Below the pieces are notes generated by a model. The model searched no databases, had not been told where the DNA came from, and saw only the letters and a list, made by a program, of their open reading frames with translations. Of a stretch of 17,984 nt of DNA, positions 16,503 through 17,984 are shown in pieces (the first letter of the stretch is position 1; the number at the start of each line of letters is the position of its first letter). Location: assembly GCA_046757165.1 (NCBI GenBank), contig JBHHXT010000095.1, positions 1-17,984 of the forward strand, read 5' to 3'. The position numbers and the translations under genes are program-made. Origin of the DNA: a bacterium (lineage in GTDB: Bacteria > Zhuqueibacterota > Zhuqueibacteria > Oceanimicrobiales > Oceanimicrobiaceae).

Positions 16503-17735
16503 GTGTCAGACCAGTTAGATTTCGACGACCTGTTGCAGACCGAAGCGTACCTCAGCGTTTCGAGATTGACCAGGGAGATCAAGCTTCTCCTGGAGTCCTC
16601 GTTTCCGAACGTCCTGGTGCAGGGGGAAATCTCCAACTTTACGCACCACTCCAGCGGCCACATGTACTTTTCCTTGAAGGACGAGTTTGCCCAGATTCCC
16701 TGTGTCATGTGGCGCAGCAACAATCAGAATCTTTTTTTTGCGCCGCAAGATGGCATGAAGGTTCTGGTGAAAGCCCGGGTGTCGCTGTATGAAAAAAGGG
16801 GAGCCTATCAACTAGACGTCTGGCATCTGCAGCCGGCCGGGATTGGCGAGCTGCAGTTGGCTTTCGAACAGCTCAAGAAGCGCTTGCGTGCGGAGGGGCT
16901 GTTTTCGCCAGAATTCAAGAAGCCGTTGCCGCGTTTCCCGCAGCGGATCGGCATCGTGACCTCGCCGACGGGTGCGGCCATCCGGGACCTGGTGACGGTG
17001 CTGCAAAGACGGTTTCCGGCCATCGAGATTGTCCTGAACCCGGTGCGCGTCCAGGGCGAGGGCGCTGCGCGGGAGATCGCCCGGGCCGTGGACGAGTTCA
17101 ATGAATATGGCCAGGTGGACGTGCTTATCGTGGCGCGGGGCGGCGGCTCGTTGGAAGACCTGTGGCCGTTCAATGAGGAGCCCGTTGCGCGCGCCGTCTT
17201 TCGCTCGCGAATTCCTGTGATTTCGGCTGTCGGGCATGAGGTCGATTTTAGCATCTGCGACTTTGTGGCCGACGTTCGTGCCGCAACGCCCTCGGCAGCC
17301 GCAGAGATTGCGGTGCCGAGCCGGGAAGAGCTGAAAGGGCGGGTGCAGCAGTTTTCGAGCAGCATCGCAACCGCTGTCCTGGAGAAAGTCAAATACCAGC
17401 GCGAAAAACTCAGAGCCATCGAAAAAAGTTACGCCTTTCGACAGCCTCTCGATATCGTCAGGCAACACAGCCAGCGCACCGACGACCTCAGACGCAACCT
17501 GCAAAAGTCCATCGACCACAAGATCGAGCTCAGACGTCAAATCATGAACAGTTTACAGAAGCGGCTTGCGCTCCTGGGCCACAAGAACGTGCTCAAGAGG
17601 GGATATAGCCTCTGTACCCGCCAACGCGATGGCAAACTCGTCAGCCGAGCCGACCAGCTCGCCGTTGAAGAAAGGATTGTCGTTGAGTTCTACGCAGGTA
17701 AGGCAGTCGGCACAGTAGAAGAACTCGAAACCTAG
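16503..17735 (+). CDS. xseA: Exodeoxyribonuclease VII large subunit
   Basis: VQGEISNF..HSSGHMYFSLKD, IGIVTSPTGAAIRD, RGGGSLEDLWPFNEE, SAVGHEVD and ATPSAAAE. The GTG start at 16503 was chosen from the GGAGAGAGG SD. Confidence 0.96.
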   Translation: MSDQLDFDDLLQTEAYLSVSRLTREIKLLLESSFPNVLVQGEISNFTHHSSGHMYFSLKDEFAQIPCVMWRSNNQNLFFAPQDGMKVLVKARVSLYEKRGAYQLDVWHLQPAGIGELQLAFEQLKKRLRAEGLFSPEFKKPLPRFPQRIGIVTSPTGAAIRDLVTVLQRRFPAIEIVLNPVRVQGEGAAREIARAVDEFNEYGQVDVLIVARGGGSLEDLWPFNEEPVARAVFRSRIPVISAVGHEVDFSICDFVADVRAATPSAAAEIAVPSREELKGRVQQFSSSIATAVLEKVKYQREKLRAIEKSYAFRQPLDIVRQHSQRTDDLRRNLQKSIDHKIELRRQIMNSLQKRLALLGHKNVLKRGYSLCTRQRDGKLVSRADQLAVEERIVVEFYAGKAVGTVEELET

Positions 17736-17742
17736 CGCAAAC

Positions 17743-17958
17743 ATGGCAAAAAAAACCTTTGAAGATGCAATGCAGCGCCTGGAGGAGATCGTCAGGCAGC
17801 TCGAAGAAGGCTCGCTTTCGCTCGAGGAGTCCCTCAAGGTTTATGAAGAAGGCATCAAGCTTTCAGAGTTTTGCTCGGCAAAACTGGATGAAGCCGAAAA
17901 CAAGATAAAACGATTGGTCAAGCAGGGCGATGAGTTCAACCTGAGCCCGGGATCGTAG
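17743..17958 (+). CDS. xseB: Exodeoxyribonuclease VII small subunit
   Basis: FEDAMQRLEEIVRQLEEGSLSLEESLKVYEEG..L...C...L..AE, directly after xseA. Confidence 0.96.
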   Translation: MAKKTFEDAMQRLEEIVRQLEEGSLSLEESLKVYEEGIKLSEFCSAKLDEAENKIKRLVKQGDEFNLSPGS

Positions 17959-17984
17959 ATCGTCAATCGTCAATCGTCCATCGT
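17952..17984. repeat. Heptamer tandem repeat ATCGTNN (continues past the window end)
   Basis: ATCGTAG, ATCGTCA, ATCGTCA, ATCGTCC, ATCGT. The first unit contains the xseB stop codon. Confidence 0.85.

Noticed and set aside
105..17837. Many long antisense or alternative-frame ORFs (e.g. 2517-3287, 7101-7823, 16812-17540)
   Set aside because: They are shadow ORFs of well-supported GC-rich genes and have no independent motifs.

Overview
Bacterial core-genome window, probably from an FCB-associated lineage such as KSB1 or Calditrichota (inference from a C-terminal YPNPF/FlgD-type sorting domain and a Bacteroidota-type bS22). The minus strand carries a B12-dependent acyl-CoA mutase cluster: mutA small subunit, mutB large subunit, meaB, and the first 15 codons of a probable icmF-type fused mutase. 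The plus strand carries hflK-hflC-miaA, tRNA-Gly(CCC), a small lipoprotein, a secreted LPP20-like protein, a PDZ/DUF512 radical SAM protein next to der, a secreted zinc metalloprotease, HU, a 31-aa ribosomal protein bS22 that the ORF track misses, and xseA-xseB. The most unusual signal is non-coding. Four intergenic regions hold related hairpin elements whose arms are built from 8-10-nt periodic subrepeats. Between mutA and mutB these form an apparently nested composite of about 450 bp with short terminal inverted repeats and an inverted pair of REP-like palindromes showing compensatory changes. No transposase, integrase or CRISPR array is present.
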